64,000 bases of DNA from contig CBDCXR010000004.1 of the NCBI GenBank assembly GCA_965223845.1, forward strand, positions 5,600,001 to 5,664,000, written 5' to 3'. Below, one piece after another: positions 41,201 through 52,079 of the stretch (within the stretch, counting starts at the first letter, position 1; each line of letters opens with the position of its first letter). The position numbers were made by a program, and so were the translations under genes. This stretch comes from Planctomycetota bacterium. Its GTDB lineage: Bacteria; Planctomycetota; UBA8108; SXIK01. Below the pieces are notes generated by a model that had not been told where the DNA came from, made no database searches, and worked only from the letters and a program-made list of their open reading frames with translations.

Positions 41201-42267
41201 CGGCGGTCGCCGCCAACTCCCTCGGTGCCGAGCGCCTGCGCGCCCTCGCCGAGGACGTCGGCGCCGAGACGGTCGGCCATTTCATGAAGACTCTCGAAGC
41301 GAGCGCCGAGCGCCACCTCCGCGCCGTGCTCGCGGGCCTCCGCCTTCCGGGCGATGATCCGCGCGAGCGAACGGTCGAAGAATTCCTCGACGACGGAACT
41401 CGCCTCCGGGTGCGCGTCGCGCTCGAATCGGGAGGCGCGGCGATCGACTTCACCGGAACCTCCGGCGTCCACGCGGGTAACCTGAACGCGACGCCCGCGA
41501 TCGTTCAGAGCGCCGTTCTCTACGTCCTTCGCCTCCTCGTCGACGAGCCGCTCCCCCTCAACGACGGCCTTCTCAGGCCCGTCCGCATCGTTCTTCCCCC
41601 CAACTCCCTCGTCGATCCCGTCTTTCCCGAGAATGCGCGCGAGTGTCCCGCCGTCGTCGGGGGCAACGTCGAGACGAGCCAGCGCATCGTCGACACTCTC
41701 CTCAAGGCGTTCGGAGTGGTCGCGTGCAGTCAGGGGACGATGAACAACGTTCTCTTCGGCTCGGGGAGTTTCGGCTACTACGAGACCATCGGCGGTGGTG
41801 CCGGCGCGGGAAACGGGTTCGACGGCGCGTCCGCCGTCCACAGCCACATGACGAATACGCGCATCACCGATCCGGAGATCCTCGAGCACCGCTATCCCGT
41901 GCGACTCCTTCGCTTCGAGATCCGGCGCGGCTCGGGCGGCGACGGACGATGGTGCGGCGGCGACGGAGTCGTGCGCGAGATCGAGTTCCTCGAGACTCTC
42001 GAGCTCTCGCTTCTCAGCCAGCACCGGCGCGAAGGTCCGTACGGCCTCGAAGGCGGAGACGCGGGCTCACCAGGGCGTCAGCGGCTCGTACGAGCGAGCG
42101 GTGACGTGGAGACTCTCGAGGGCATCGCCGAGCGCACGGTGCATGCGGGGGATCGCTTGGTCTTGGAAACGCCGGGCGGAGGTGGATTCGGGGCGGTGGC
42201 GAGTTCGAGAGTAAGAATTGCACACGAAGAGCGCGAAGGACCGCGAAGGAAGACGAAGGGAGATTAA
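38287..42267 (+). CDS. ATP-dependent 5-oxoprolinase / hydantoinase A+B fusion
   Basis: VDTGGTFTD, SGPAGG, DMGGTSTDV, NIKERLDFSCA, APHIPVHLG, QGTMNN, ETPGGGGFG. Confidence 0.93.
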   Translation: MFVRVDRNVPADESPLVWRFSVDTGGTFTDCVAVDPDGVVQRVKVLSSGALRGAVVRVASSRRIVVAAEWLSGANAERASRAVVGCEFRPLGVERDAPGAVVVALTPESKQLELDRAPSFELNAGDRFELRSFEEAPLLAARLLTGTAPGNPLPPAVVRLATTRGTNALLERRGAATALFISRGFGDLLVIGDQTRPDLFALDVRRPAPLYDSVVEVSGRLDADGSELEALDIEPLGERIDQLVARGVRSAAIALLHSYRDSSHEEALAEFLLARGFEHVSRSSAIAPSIRILPRAETATVNAYLAPIIAEYVDAVRTPIATGTLHVMTSAGGLVEAGEYLPKDSLLSGPAGGVAGAASVARACGRERSISFDMGGTSTDVARYDGDYEYAFEHRVGSARLVAPALAIETVAAGGGSICSFDGHRLLVGPESAGAFPGPACYGAGGPLTITDVHLLAGRLAPDRFGIPIDSEASRRALAELVASLRAAGDDASEDDLLAGLLAIADERMADAIRSVSVQRGYSPAEYALVAFGGAGGLHACSLAERLEITEVLVPAEAGLLSARGIADAAVERFASEQVLRPLAEIDADLDDLFAKVEERALAALATENIARESGRIRRRIALLRFSGQDTVTEIEYRRGMEIATEFIAAYKRIYGHLPGALAIEVESIRVVASTSEEDVDAPADPASPSAYTPVAAPAEAAKLDRNEAEMLVGAKRKRVPVLARDSLARGDVVNGPAIVADRYSTAVVEDGWRGTVLPDDTLRLDRIPVARTESAPRSGPARGSRSSAVELELFTNRFRAIAGEMGDLLQRTALSTNIKERLDFSCALLDPSGELVVNAPHIPVHLGALGLCTRRVASSLPLAPGDVALTNHPRAGGSHLPDVTVITPVHSTDSERLLGYVASRAHHAEIGGVRPGSMPPSAQKLIDEGVVLPPALVVAGGQPRWREIEAKLASAPHPSRAVADNLADLRAAVAANSLGAERLRALAEDVGAETVGHFMKTLEASAERHLRAVLAGLRLPGDDPRERTVEEFLDDGTRLRVRVALESGGAAIDFTGTSGVHAGNLNATPAIVQSAVLYVLRLLVDEPLPLNDGLLRPVRIVLPPNSLVDPVFPENARECPAVVGGNVETSQRIVDTLLKAFGVVACSQGTMNNVLFGSGSFGYYETIGGGAGAGNGFDGASAVHSHMTNTRITDPEILEHRYPVRLLRFEIRRGSGGDGRWCGGDGVVREIEFLETLELSLLSQHRREGPYGLEGGDAGSPGRQRLVRASGDVETLEGIAERTVHAGDRLVLETPGGGGFGAVASSRVRIAHEEREGPRRKTKGD

Positions 42268-42443
42268 TGAACGAGATGAAGAGAGAGAGGAAGAAGCTCG
42301 TTTGAACTCTGCTGTGCTGTGAGCCTTTGCAACCGCAAGACGAAAAGCGAGAGTCTCGTCGATTCTCGCCTCGATCACTTCCCACCCTAATTCTCTCTTC
42401 TCTTTCTTCGTCTTCCTTCGCGGTCCTTCGCGCTCTTCGTGTG
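42221..42443. repeat. 223-bp element bounded by perfect 38-bp inverted repeats (MITE/REPIN-like)
   Basis: 42221-42258 CACACGAAGAGCGCGAAGGACCGCGAAGGAAGACGAAG and its exact reverse complement at 42406-42443. Confidence 0.85.
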
Positions 42444-42453
42444 AATCTCTTCC

Positions 42454-43325
42454 TCAGGACCCACCGCGACTGGAGAAAGAACAACGGGCTCCACCTTCGA
42501 GCACGCGATAGTCCTGCCCCAGTTCGTCGCACCGACGGACGAACTCCTCCGGGGTCGCCGTATTGAACGTGAACATGTCGTAGTGACACGGAATCGCGCT
42601 CTTCGCCCCGATCGCGTGTGCGAGCTCCGCCGCTTCGCGCCCCCAGAGATTCCCCGCGACGCGCCGCTCGGGCGCGCGTCCGTTGATCGGGAGAAACGCG
42701 AGGTCGACTCCAAACGGTCGCAGCCACTCGACCATGCCGTCGTAAAGGATCGTGTCGCCGCTGTGGTAGACGGACCACGGCCCGAAGCGCGCGACGTAGC
42801 CGAGATACCGGTAGCGCCCGTGCTCATCGCGTTCGAGCTCTTCGTGGGCGGCCGGAACGGCGTGCAACTCGAACGCACCGATCGTCACCTTTTCGCCGGC
42901 GTCGATCGACCGGAGGGAATCGGGCGCGACGCCGAGCCGCTCCGCTGCGAACTCGCGATTCGCCGACGGAACGAGGATCTCGAGGTTCTTGCTGGCACGG
43001 CGAATCGCGGTCAGCGTCTCACCGTCGAGGTGATCGGTGTGGTTGTGGCTCGAGCTGACGATGTCGACGAAGTCGAGCCGATCGGGCGCGACGACTCGCT
43101 CCGACATCCGTACGTGCGGCTTATCGGTCGCCGCGTACTTTCGGGTGAGCGAATCCGAGAGATACGGATCGAACAACAGATGCCGGCCGAGCCACTGCAC
43201 GAGAAACCCGCTCTGGCCGAGCCACCAAACGTGCACGGACTCCTCGCCACTCCTCGCCGCGTCCACGTCGGCGAGGAACGCGTCGTCCTTTTGCGCGGCG
43301 GGGATGAGCTCGCGCCCGGATTCGC

Positions 43326-43329
<4 letters not shown>
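42454..43329 (-). CDS. Metallo-beta-lactamase-fold hydrolase (UlaG-like)
   Basis: WWLGQSGF, DPYLS, SHNHTDHLD, YHSGDT, LPING, IPCHYDMF. Confidence 0.88.
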
Positions 43330-44359
<1,030 letters not shown>

Positions 44360-44363
<4 letters not shown>

Positions 44364-45163
44364 GCGTCCCCGTCCGTTCCGTACGCTTCTGATAGACCCT
44401 GGTAGAGTGCCGATACGCGCTCGGCGTGTTCATCGTAGGCGGCGTCGAAGAGCTTTGCCGCTCGTTCCGTTCCGACGACACAGCCCGCCGCGAGAACGGG
44501 CGGCGGCTTTCCGGCGGCGGCGAGCCGCGCGGCAACCTCGGCTTTCACCGCATTGACGAGCGCGACGCTGCCGATCGTCGAGCCGGGCGAAACGGGCGCG
44601 TCGAGTGCGTCGAGCGTCACCATCGCATCGCCCGCAGGCGCGCCGGTATCGAGAACGAGGTCGGCGATCTCGGAGAGCTTCAGTCCGCGCGGGTGGCGAC
44701 TCGCGCTCGCTTCGGAGTGCGCTCGGCTCACGATCGCGACGACCTTCATCCCGGCGGCTCGGAGCCCCTCGGCGACCTCGATCGGGACCACATTGCATCC
44801 GCTCGATGAGATCACCAGGCCGGCATCCCGAGACGAGAGGTGAAAATTGCGCAGGATCTTCGCCCCGAGGCCGGCCGTGTTCTCGAGGAACATCGCCTGG
44901 CGCTGACCATTGGCGCCGACGACTTGATTGTGAAAGGTGAGCGATAGCTCGACGATCGGGTGGAAGCCGGGAAACGATCCGTAACGCGGCCACATCTCTT
45001 CGACAGCGATGCGACTGTGTCCCGAGCCGAAGACGTGGACGACGCGTGCATCGAGGATCGCCGCGGCAAACCAATCCGCCGCGCGAGCGATTTCGCTCGA
45101 CTGCCGTTCGACGAGGTCGAGGATCTCGCGGCACTTCGCGATGTAGTTTTCACTCGGTGTCAT
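44360..45163 (-). CDS. SIS-domain (sugar isomerase) protein
   Basis: HVFGSGHS, ISSSGCN, LVLDTGAPAGDA. Confidence 0.85.
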
Positions 45164-45187
45164 CGGCGCTCCGTCCTCGTTCGGGAT

Positions 45188-45982
45188 TCACGGGCGGTGC
45201 TGCCCTTCGCTAACGCTCCACCCGCCGTCCACCGTCAGGGTTTGACCCGTCACGAACGACGACGCGTCCGAAAGAAAAAAGACGATCGCGGCATCTACGT
45301 CTTCCGGAACACCGATCCGTCCGCCGGCGAGGGGCTGCTTCGTAGCGATGAAATTCAGGATCTCTTCGTTCTCTTGCGCACGTTCCGACATCGGCGTCTC
45401 GACGAGCGCGGGCGCGATGACGTTCAGCCGAATGTTCCTCGGCGCGTAGTACGACGCGGCGGATTTGGTCAAGCCGACGATCGCCGCCTTCGTCGCCGCG
45501 TAGGCGTGCGTCGCGAAGAACCGCGGCGACGGCGAAAACGCGAGAACGCTGCCCATATTGAGAATACTGCCGCCGCGTCCGTCGGCGAGGAGTTGGCGTA
45601 CGGCCGCTCGATTCGAATAGACGAGAGAGGTCAGATTGAGATCGATCGTATGCCTCCAACCTTCGTCGGTAAGCGCATCGAGGGGGCCGTCGCCCGCCGC
45701 GCGGCCGCTTCCGCCAGCGACGTGATACAGCCCGTCGAACCGTCCAAAGGCATCGATCGCAAGCTCGATCGCGCGCGGAGCCGTCGACGGGTCCGTCGCA
45801 TCGGCTACGAGCGAGCGAGCTCGTTCACCGAGATCGGACTCGGCTTCTTTCGCAGTACTCGCCGTGCGGCCGACGACAACGACGCTGGCGCCAGCGCGGA
45901 TGCATGCGCGCGCAGCCGACCGGCCGAGACCGGTCGTTCCGCCGATGATGACGATGCTCTTAGCTTCGAGAAGACCCTTCAT
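45188..45982 (-). CDS. SDR-family NAD(P)-dependent oxidoreductase
   Basis: IGGTTGLG, YAATK (YxxxK), VTGQTLTVDGG. Confidence 0.92.
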   Translation of the reverse strand: MKGLLEAKSIVIIGGTTGLGRSAARACIRAGASVVVVGRTASTAKEAESDLGERARSLVADATDPSTAPRAIELAIDAFGRFDGLYHVAGGSGRAAGDGPLDALTDEGWRHTIDLNLTSLVYSNRAAVRQLLADGRGGSILNMGSVLAFSPSPRFFATHAYAATKAAIVGLTKSAASYYAPRNIRLNVIAPALVETPMSERAQENEEILNFIATKQPLAGGRIGVPEDVDAAIVFFLSDASSFVTGQTLTVDGGWSVSEGQHRP

Positions 45983-46043
45983 CACCGCGGCCAAGCTACG
46001 AGAGCTCGCGGGCGATGTCCAGCGCTCCGCCCGCGCGCCTCGG

Positions 46044-47993
46044 TCAATCCCCGCCGATTGCGTCGGAGAGGCCGCGCACTTCGCTCGCCCCCGCCGGCAC
46101 CGTGACGGACGAACCCGCGAAATCGCCTCCGATCGGCTCGACGCGACCACCGAGATGCTCCGCGAGGAACCCCTCGACGATCGCGAAGAACGAGAGCCGA
46201 TTCTCCGGTCGCGCGAACCCGTGTCCTTCGTCAGGGTAGAGGACGTACGTGACGGGGATCTTCTTCTCTTCCATCGCTTGCACGATTTGGTCCGATTCGG
46301 ACTGCTTGACGCGCGGATCGTTCGCGCCTTGAGCGATGAGAAGAGGTCGCTGGATTCGATCGGCGTAGGTGAGCGGAGAGATCTCTCGGAGGTCCTTTAG
46401 TCCCTCGTCGGTTCGGTGATCGCCGACGCGCACGGTGAACATCTCGATCATCGGCTCCCAGTAGGGCGGAATCGTCGAGAGAAGCGTGACGAGATTCGAC
46501 GGACCGACGATGTCGACGCCGCACGCGAATCGAGTCGGCGTCATCGTGAGTGCGACGAGAGTCGCGTAACCGCCGTAGCTCCCCCCCATGATCGCAACGC
46601 GATCGGGGTCGGCGATGTTCTCGCTGACGGCCCATTCGACGGCATCGAGAAGGTCATCCTGCATCCGCTTCGACCACTCGCCGTTCCCGGCGTTGATGAA
46701 CGCCTTCCCGAAACCGGTCGATCCGCGGAAATTGACGCTGAGAACGGCGTAGCCTCGGTTCGCGAGCCACTGGTGAGTCGGATCGAAGCCCCAAGAGTCG
46801 CGCGCCCACGGTCCGCCGTGAACGGAAAGCACGAGAGGAAGCGGCGTTTGAGGTCGACCCGACGCCGCGGGATCGCTCTCCGCCGGAAGGCTGAGGTAGG
46901 AAACGAGGTCGAGCTCGTCGCGCGAGCGGAGAACGGTCGAGTGCATCGGGACGAGGGGCAGACTCTCGAGGCTACTCTGGTTCGAGAAGAGCAGCCGCGC
47001 CTCTTTCGACTCGCGCGAGTAGTGATAGTAAAACACCGGCCCGTCGTCGCGCGAATCGGTGACGATCCAAGCCCGGTCGTCGAGTGTCCGGCTCGTCACG
47101 TTGACGTCACCGCGGGTGATTCCTTCGAGGATACGAAGGTCCTCGCCGATCGAGTCGTCGAGGATCTGCCAGCTCACGCGCTCGTAATTCGTCGAGACCG
47201 CCTCGATCGTCTTCTCGGTCGGGTGGGCGAGCACACCGCTCACATCTGCCTTCGGATCGGAGGCGAGCACGCGCGAGGCGCCGGAGGTGAGATCGAGCTC
47301 GACCAGAGCGGCCGTGTCCCGCTCGCGGCTGTCGAGCATGTAGAGCCGATTCCCCGACCGGTCGAAGTCGTAGAGATGCGTCGTCAGACTGTCCTCCATC
47401 TCGACCTCGAGGAAGCTCTCCCAACTCCCGTCTTCGAGTGGCCTCAGGTACTCCGTGCCGCCGCTCGCGTTCATTCGATACGCGAATCGGATGCGGTAGT
47501 CGTCATCCGGAACGAAGCCGGCGTAGCCGTCGTTTTCGAGGAGGAGCTCGCGCTCGCCCGAAAGGAGATCGATGCGATAGGCGTCGTGGAGCGCCGGATC
47601 GCGATCGTTGAGAAAAACGAGGATGTGCTGGGGATGGAGATGGCTCACGTGCCGAAGCTGCGCGGCGACGTTCTCGTACGGCGTGAGATCACGCGTCTCT
47701 GCCGTCTCGACGTCAACCGCATACACGCGCCAGTTCTCGTCTCCGTCCTTGTCCTGCAGGTACACGATGTGTCGGCCGGTGTACGTCCACAGATGCTCGC
47801 GGATCCCTCGCTTCGTGTCGTGAGTGATCGGCCGCGCCGCGGCGGGATCGTCGGGCGGAGACACCCAGATGTTGAGCACACCATCTTCCGGAGCGAGGAA
47901 CGACAGCGTCTCGCCGTCCGGACTGAGGCGAGCCTGAGCTCGCTCCGGATTGCCGAAGAGGATCTGACGCGGGATGAGTTCCGGCGGAGTCAT
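46044..47993 (-). CDS. S9-family prolyl oligo/dipeptidyl peptidase
   Basis: Propeller N-domain, VHGGPW, GGSYGG nucleophile, NDPRV, DEGHGF. Confidence 0.95.
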   Translation of the reverse strand: MTPPELIPRQILFGNPERAQARLSPDGETLSFLAPEDGVLNIWVSPPDDPAAARPITHDTKRGIREHLWTYTGRHIVYLQDKDGDENWRVYAVDVETAETRDLTPYENVAAQLRHVSHLHPQHILVFLNDRDPALHDAYRIDLLSGERELLLENDGYAGFVPDDDYRIRFAYRMNASGGTEYLRPLEDGSWESFLEVEMEDSLTTHLYDFDRSGNRLYMLDSRERDTAALVELDLTSGASRVLASDPKADVSGVLAHPTEKTIEAVSTNYERVSWQILDDSIGEDLRILEGITRGDVNVTSRTLDDRAWIVTDSRDDGPVFYYHYSRESKEARLLFSNQSSLESLPLVPMHSTVLRSRDELDLVSYLSLPAESDPAASGRPQTPLPLVLSVHGGPWARDSWGFDPTHQWLANRGYAVLSVNFRGSTGFGKAFINAGNGEWSKRMQDDLLDAVEWAVSENIADPDRVAIMGGSYGGYATLVALTMTPTRFACGVDIVGPSNLVTLLSTIPPYWEPMIEMFTVRVGDHRTDEGLKDLREISPLTYADRIQRPLLIAQGANDPRVKQSESDQIVQAMEEKKIPVTYVLYPDEGHGFARPENRLSFFAIVEGFLAEHLGGRVEPIGGDFAGSSVTVPAGASEVRGLSDAIGGD

Positions 47994-48271
47994 GGCGGTA
48001 AGGCTGCGCGACGGAAGAATCGAGGTCGTCTCTACACCGATCGACGAGCGCCGGGACGCGGCGCCAGTACGGAAGCCGAACATTGTCGCCGCCGGGAGCG
48101 GAATGTCGATCGTCGAGTTTCGGTCCGGCGACAGCGCCCGAGCTGGCGCGCGAGACGCGGCGTCGGATACGCTGTTCGAACCCCGTTCGAACGCTCGAGT
48201 CCCCGCACGAACGAGATTCCGGTGCCGGAACGCGAGGGAGGAACGGCGTCCTCCGCCTATCCGCCAAGTCT

Positions 48272-49525
48272 ATGATTCCTCGATTCGATCCCGCTGCCTA
48301 TCGGTCGCAGTTTCCCGCGCTCCGACGTCAAGTCGACGGCCGCCCCGCCGTGTTCTTCGACGGTCCGGCGGGAAGCCAAGTGCCCGCGCGGGTCGCCGAG
48401 GCCGTCGCGCGTTCGCTCCTCCACGAGAATGCGAACGTCGGTGGAACGTTCGCGACGAGTCGAGAGGCGGAGAGCTCGCTCGAAGCGGCGCACCGCGCCG
48501 CCGCGGATCTCTTCGGCGCGTCGGATCCTCACGAGTGCGTGTTCGGTCCGAACATGACGAGCCTCACATTCGCGCTCAGCCGCGCGCTCGGGCGGCGCTG
48601 GCGCGCCGGCGACGAGATCGTCGTCACCCGGCTCGATCACGATGCGAACGTCTCGCCGTGGATCCTCGCCGCTCGCGATGCGGGCGCGACGGTGCGGCAC
48701 GTCGGGATCAGGGAGGACTGCACGCTCGACCTCGACGAGTTGAGCGCCGCGGTGAACTCACGCACGCGTCTCGTCGCCGCCGCGTGCGCGTCGAACGCAG
48801 TGGGAACGATCCATCCGGTCGAAACGATCGCTGCGATCGCGCGAAACGCCGGCGCGCTCGTCTTTCTCGACGCCGTCCACTACGCCCCGCACGGTCTCCT
48901 CGACGTCGCGGCATGGGACGCCGACTTCGTCGCGGCGAGCGCCTACAAGTTCTTCGGGCCGCACGTCGGGATCCTTTGGGGACGGCGCCCGCTGCTCGAT
49001 GAGCTGCCGGCGTACAAGGTAAGGCCCGCGCCGAGCGCACCGCCGGGAAAATGGATGACGGGAACGCAGTCGCACGAAGGAATCGCCGGGACGCTCGAGG
49101 CGATCGACTACCTCGCGGATATCGGGCGCGACATCGAGCGAGAGCTCACTGGTGAAGAGACGCGGCGCGCTGCGCTCGAAACGGCCTATCGAGCCATCGG
49201 GGAGTACGAGCGATCACTCGTCGCCCGACTCCTCGACGGCCTCGCGGAGATTCCAGGCGTAAAGGTCTGGGGCATCACCGATCGCGGTCGTCTCACCGAG
49301 CGCGTGCCGACGCTGGGCATCACGCACGCGCGCCTTTCTCCGCGCCGCCTCTCAGAACATCTCGCCGAACGCGGGATCTTCGTCTGGGACGGTAACTTTT
49401 ACGCGCTGCCGCTCACGGAAGCACTCGGGCTCGAGCCGGAGGGAATGGTGCGAATCGGCCTCCTCCACTACAACACGATCGAGGAAGTGGAGCGGCTTCT
49501 CGGAGAGCTCGAGTCGCTCGCGTAG
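48272..49525 (+). CDS. Cysteine desulfurase-like PLP enzyme (aminotransferase class V)
   Basis: FDGPAGSQVP, LDHDANVSPW, DAVHYAPH, SAYKFFGPH. Confidence 0.88.
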   Translation: MIPRFDPAAYRSQFPALRRQVDGRPAVFFDGPAGSQVPARVAEAVARSLLHENANVGGTFATSREAESSLEAAHRAAADLFGASDPHECVFGPNMTSLTFALSRALGRRWRAGDEIVVTRLDHDANVSPWILAARDAGATVRHVGIREDCTLDLDELSAAVNSRTRLVAAACASNAVGTIHPVETIAAIARNAGALVFLDAVHYAPHGLLDVAAWDADFVAASAYKFFGPHVGILWGRRPLLDELPAYKVRPAPSAPPGKWMTGTQSHEGIAGTLEAIDYLADIGRDIERELTGEETRRAALETAYRAIGEYERSLVARLLDGLAEIPGVKVWGITDRGRLTERVPTLGITHARLSPRRLSEHLAERGIFVWDGNFYALPLTEALGLEPEGMVRIGLLHYNTIEEVERLLGELESLA

Positions 49526-49845
49526 GTTTCCCCCACGCCCTCGCGAGATCACGCCCTGCACCAGCTCAGCGGGCGCGCCCGACGCCGGCACCGCTCTGAT
49601 CGGATTAAGCGTTACGGTCCCGGCGAATCAGGTCTCTTAGAGATCGCGGAGCCTTCGCCGAGGCTGGACGCCAAGGGCGATGCGCTTCGCAGATTACGCT
49701 TTACAGCCTGCTCCTTGCGGCCCGATCCTGCGAGTGGACTGCGCCGCAAACCGAGAATTCATCGTTGGTTGTGGGGAAGGGCCACCGTGGGAGTCGCGCT
49801 CCTTCCCTGGGTATTCGCAGTGCTCCGGCTGGGAGGGAATGAGCC

Positions 49846-51993
49846 ATGCTCGCTCCACGCTTCGTTGTGTTCGTCGGTCTCTTGGTCGTCTCCTCCTCGA
49901 CCGACGTGATTCCTCAGGAACTTTCGGACGAAACTCCGGTGACACTCCCGCTCAGCCGGGAACGCCACCACTTCAAGTCGCTCCTCCTCTCTAACCCCAA
50001 CTATTTCGGCAATCTGCCGGACAGCGGTTTCGATCCGGTCGTCTCGATCGCCGGAAACACGACGTACGAGGAGCTCGTGTGCGTGGGGTTCGAGCCGAGA
50101 TCGAGCCGACTCAACGGTGTCGTCTACGTGTACCAACCGGTCGGGTACGGCGGCGGCGTCTGTACGAACGGCACTCCGGAGTACGTTCGGTTCTACGTTT
50201 CCTTTGACGACGGCGCCACGTGGAACGACGAAGGCACCGTGGCGTTTCGCGCCTACGACATCCCGGGCACGACGAAATCGAGACGCCTCGAGTACGCGGT
50301 CTCGCTCAAGATCGAACCACCGCGGAAGTTCTGCACCACCGAGAACATCGCGCTCGTCCGCGCGATCCTCTCCTGGAACCAACCTCCCCCGCCGAACCAA
50401 CCCAACTGGCCGCCGGTCTGGGGAAACGTTCACAACACCTACATTCAGATCCAAGCTAGGCCGCAGCTCACCATCACGGATCTCGCTTCGTTCGGCGAAC
50501 TCAACATCCCGAACTCGGTCCTCGAACTCTTCGCGACGAACCAACCCCTGGCCCTCGCGACACCGACGCCTTCTTTCGGATCGGACGTCATGCGCCGGTA
50601 CAAGGAGGCCAAGGTCGAGCCACTCCGCTACAAGTTCCCGATGATTCAGAACCTCCTCAGCTCGTCGTCGAACGAAGCCTTGTCGGATCCGTTGTTCTCA
50701 AGCGTGTTGGACGATCTCGGGCCGGTGATCGACCTCGACGACATACTCTTTCCTACGAACGGCAACACGAGCTACGAGAATCTCGAGTGCATCGGGCTGA
50801 ACACGAATGAGGACACTCTCGAGGCAGTCATTCGGATCCGAAGGCCCGTTGGCTACGGCGGAGACCTGTGCTCGAAGGGCAGTACCGAGTACGTGACGTT
50901 CTGGGCCGACTTCGATCAGAACGGCTCGCTAGAGTCTTGCCTGGGGACCGCGTCCGTACGAGTTCATGACATCGCCTCGATCCCGAGTGAAGGCCTCGAG
51001 TACGGCGTCTATCTGCCGATCGATCTCACGCACCAGCGCCGGCTCTGCACGTCGGGTCCGAAGGTAGTGCGCGTCCGAGCGATTCTGGCTTGGCAATCGC
51101 CCCCACCCTGCTCGAATCCCAACTATGTCCCCACATGGGGAACACGTCGCGACACCTTCGTGCACATCACACCTGGTCCCGAGATTCCAGTTGGCGCATT
51201 CCTGCCACAGATGTCGATCGTCGGCGGCATTCCCTTCGAGCAGATCAGCACGGTCAACGGTATGACGACAGCCGACGCGCTGTTTGCTCTCAACGGATTG
51301 CCTCCCGATCCATTGGAGCGACCGTGTCCGTTCGGTCGCCGCGTGGTCATTCAGGGTCCGCAGTTCCCGGGCAAGCAGTACCGAGTACAAGTTCAAAGAC
51401 ATGGCGAAACGGGTTGGACGACCGTCAATACGCCGCTGAAGGTCGTCAACGCATCGGGCGTCGTCTCCACTCGATTCCCGTCGGACGACGGCGTGTTCAC
51501 GTATCTGACGCACGCCCAAAACATCTCGAACGTACTCGCGTGGTGGAATACGAGTGGCGACGGCGATTGGCGAATTCGAATCGAGGGATTCGTAGGCGGT
51601 GCTCTTTCGGGCGCGCAAACGCTGCCGATAATTCGGCTCGACAACACACCGCCGAGTACGTCGATCTCGATCAGCACGGGAACGGGCGACTGCGGCAAGT
51701 TCCCGATCGGCACTTCTCTCTCCGGAACGTTCACCGCGCGGGACATTCACTTCCGCGAATTCAGCCTCGTCGTGAAGCCGCCGATCAACACGTCGCCCGT
51801 GGGCGTCCCGAGCCCGTCGTCTGGAATGAGCCAGACGTCTTTCGTCGGAGACCCGTGGACTCTGAACACGACCGGCATGACGGCGTGCGGCTACATCGTC
51901 GAAGTCGACGCGCGCGATCGGTCGATCCTCAACAGCGCGACTGTCGGTCACTACCGGGAAGCGTCCGTCGGGTTCTGTCTCGACGACGAGTAA
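49846..51993 (+). CDS. Secreted Cys-rich hypothetical protein with an internal domain duplication
   Basis: Signal-peptide-like N-terminus; two homologous units NTTYEELVCVG...YGGGVCTNGTPEYV...VRAILSW and NTSYENLECIG...YGGDLCSKGSTEYV...VRAILAW. Confidence 0.8.
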   Translation: MLAPRFVVFVGLLVVSSSTDVIPQELSDETPVTLPLSRERHHFKSLLLSNPNYFGNLPDSGFDPVVSIAGNTTYEELVCVGFEPRSSRLNGVVYVYQPVGYGGGVCTNGTPEYVRFYVSFDDGATWNDEGTVAFRAYDIPGTTKSRRLEYAVSLKIEPPRKFCTTENIALVRAILSWNQPPPPNQPNWPPVWGNVHNTYIQIQARPQLTITDLASFGELNIPNSVLELFATNQPLALATPTPSFGSDVMRRYKEAKVEPLRYKFPMIQNLLSSSSNEALSDPLFSSVLDDLGPVIDLDDILFPTNGNTSYENLECIGLNTNEDTLEAVIRIRRPVGYGGDLCSKGSTEYVTFWADFDQNGSLESCLGTASVRVHDIASIPSEGLEYGVYLPIDLTHQRRLCTSGPKVVRVRAILAWQSPPPCSNPNYVPTWGTRRDTFVHITPGPEIPVGAFLPQMSIVGGIPFEQISTVNGMTTADALFALNGLPPDPLERPCPFGRRVVIQGPQFPGKQYRVQVQRHGETGWTTVNTPLKVVNASGVVSTRFPSDDGVFTYLTHAQNISNVLAWWNTSGDGDWRIRIEGFVGGALSGAQTLPIIRLDNTPPSTSISISTGTGDCGKFPIGTSLSGTFTARDIHFREFSLVVKPPINTSPVGVPSPSSGMSQTSFVGDPWTLNTTGMTACGYIVEVDARDRSILNSATVGHYREASVGFCLDDE

Positions 51994-52079
51994 CCGACTG
52001 GCGGGGAGCGAGCCCGAGATGCGAGACACCTCGGTCTCGCTCCCCGTCGAGAGATCGATCTCCCTCTGCGAAATCGCCC

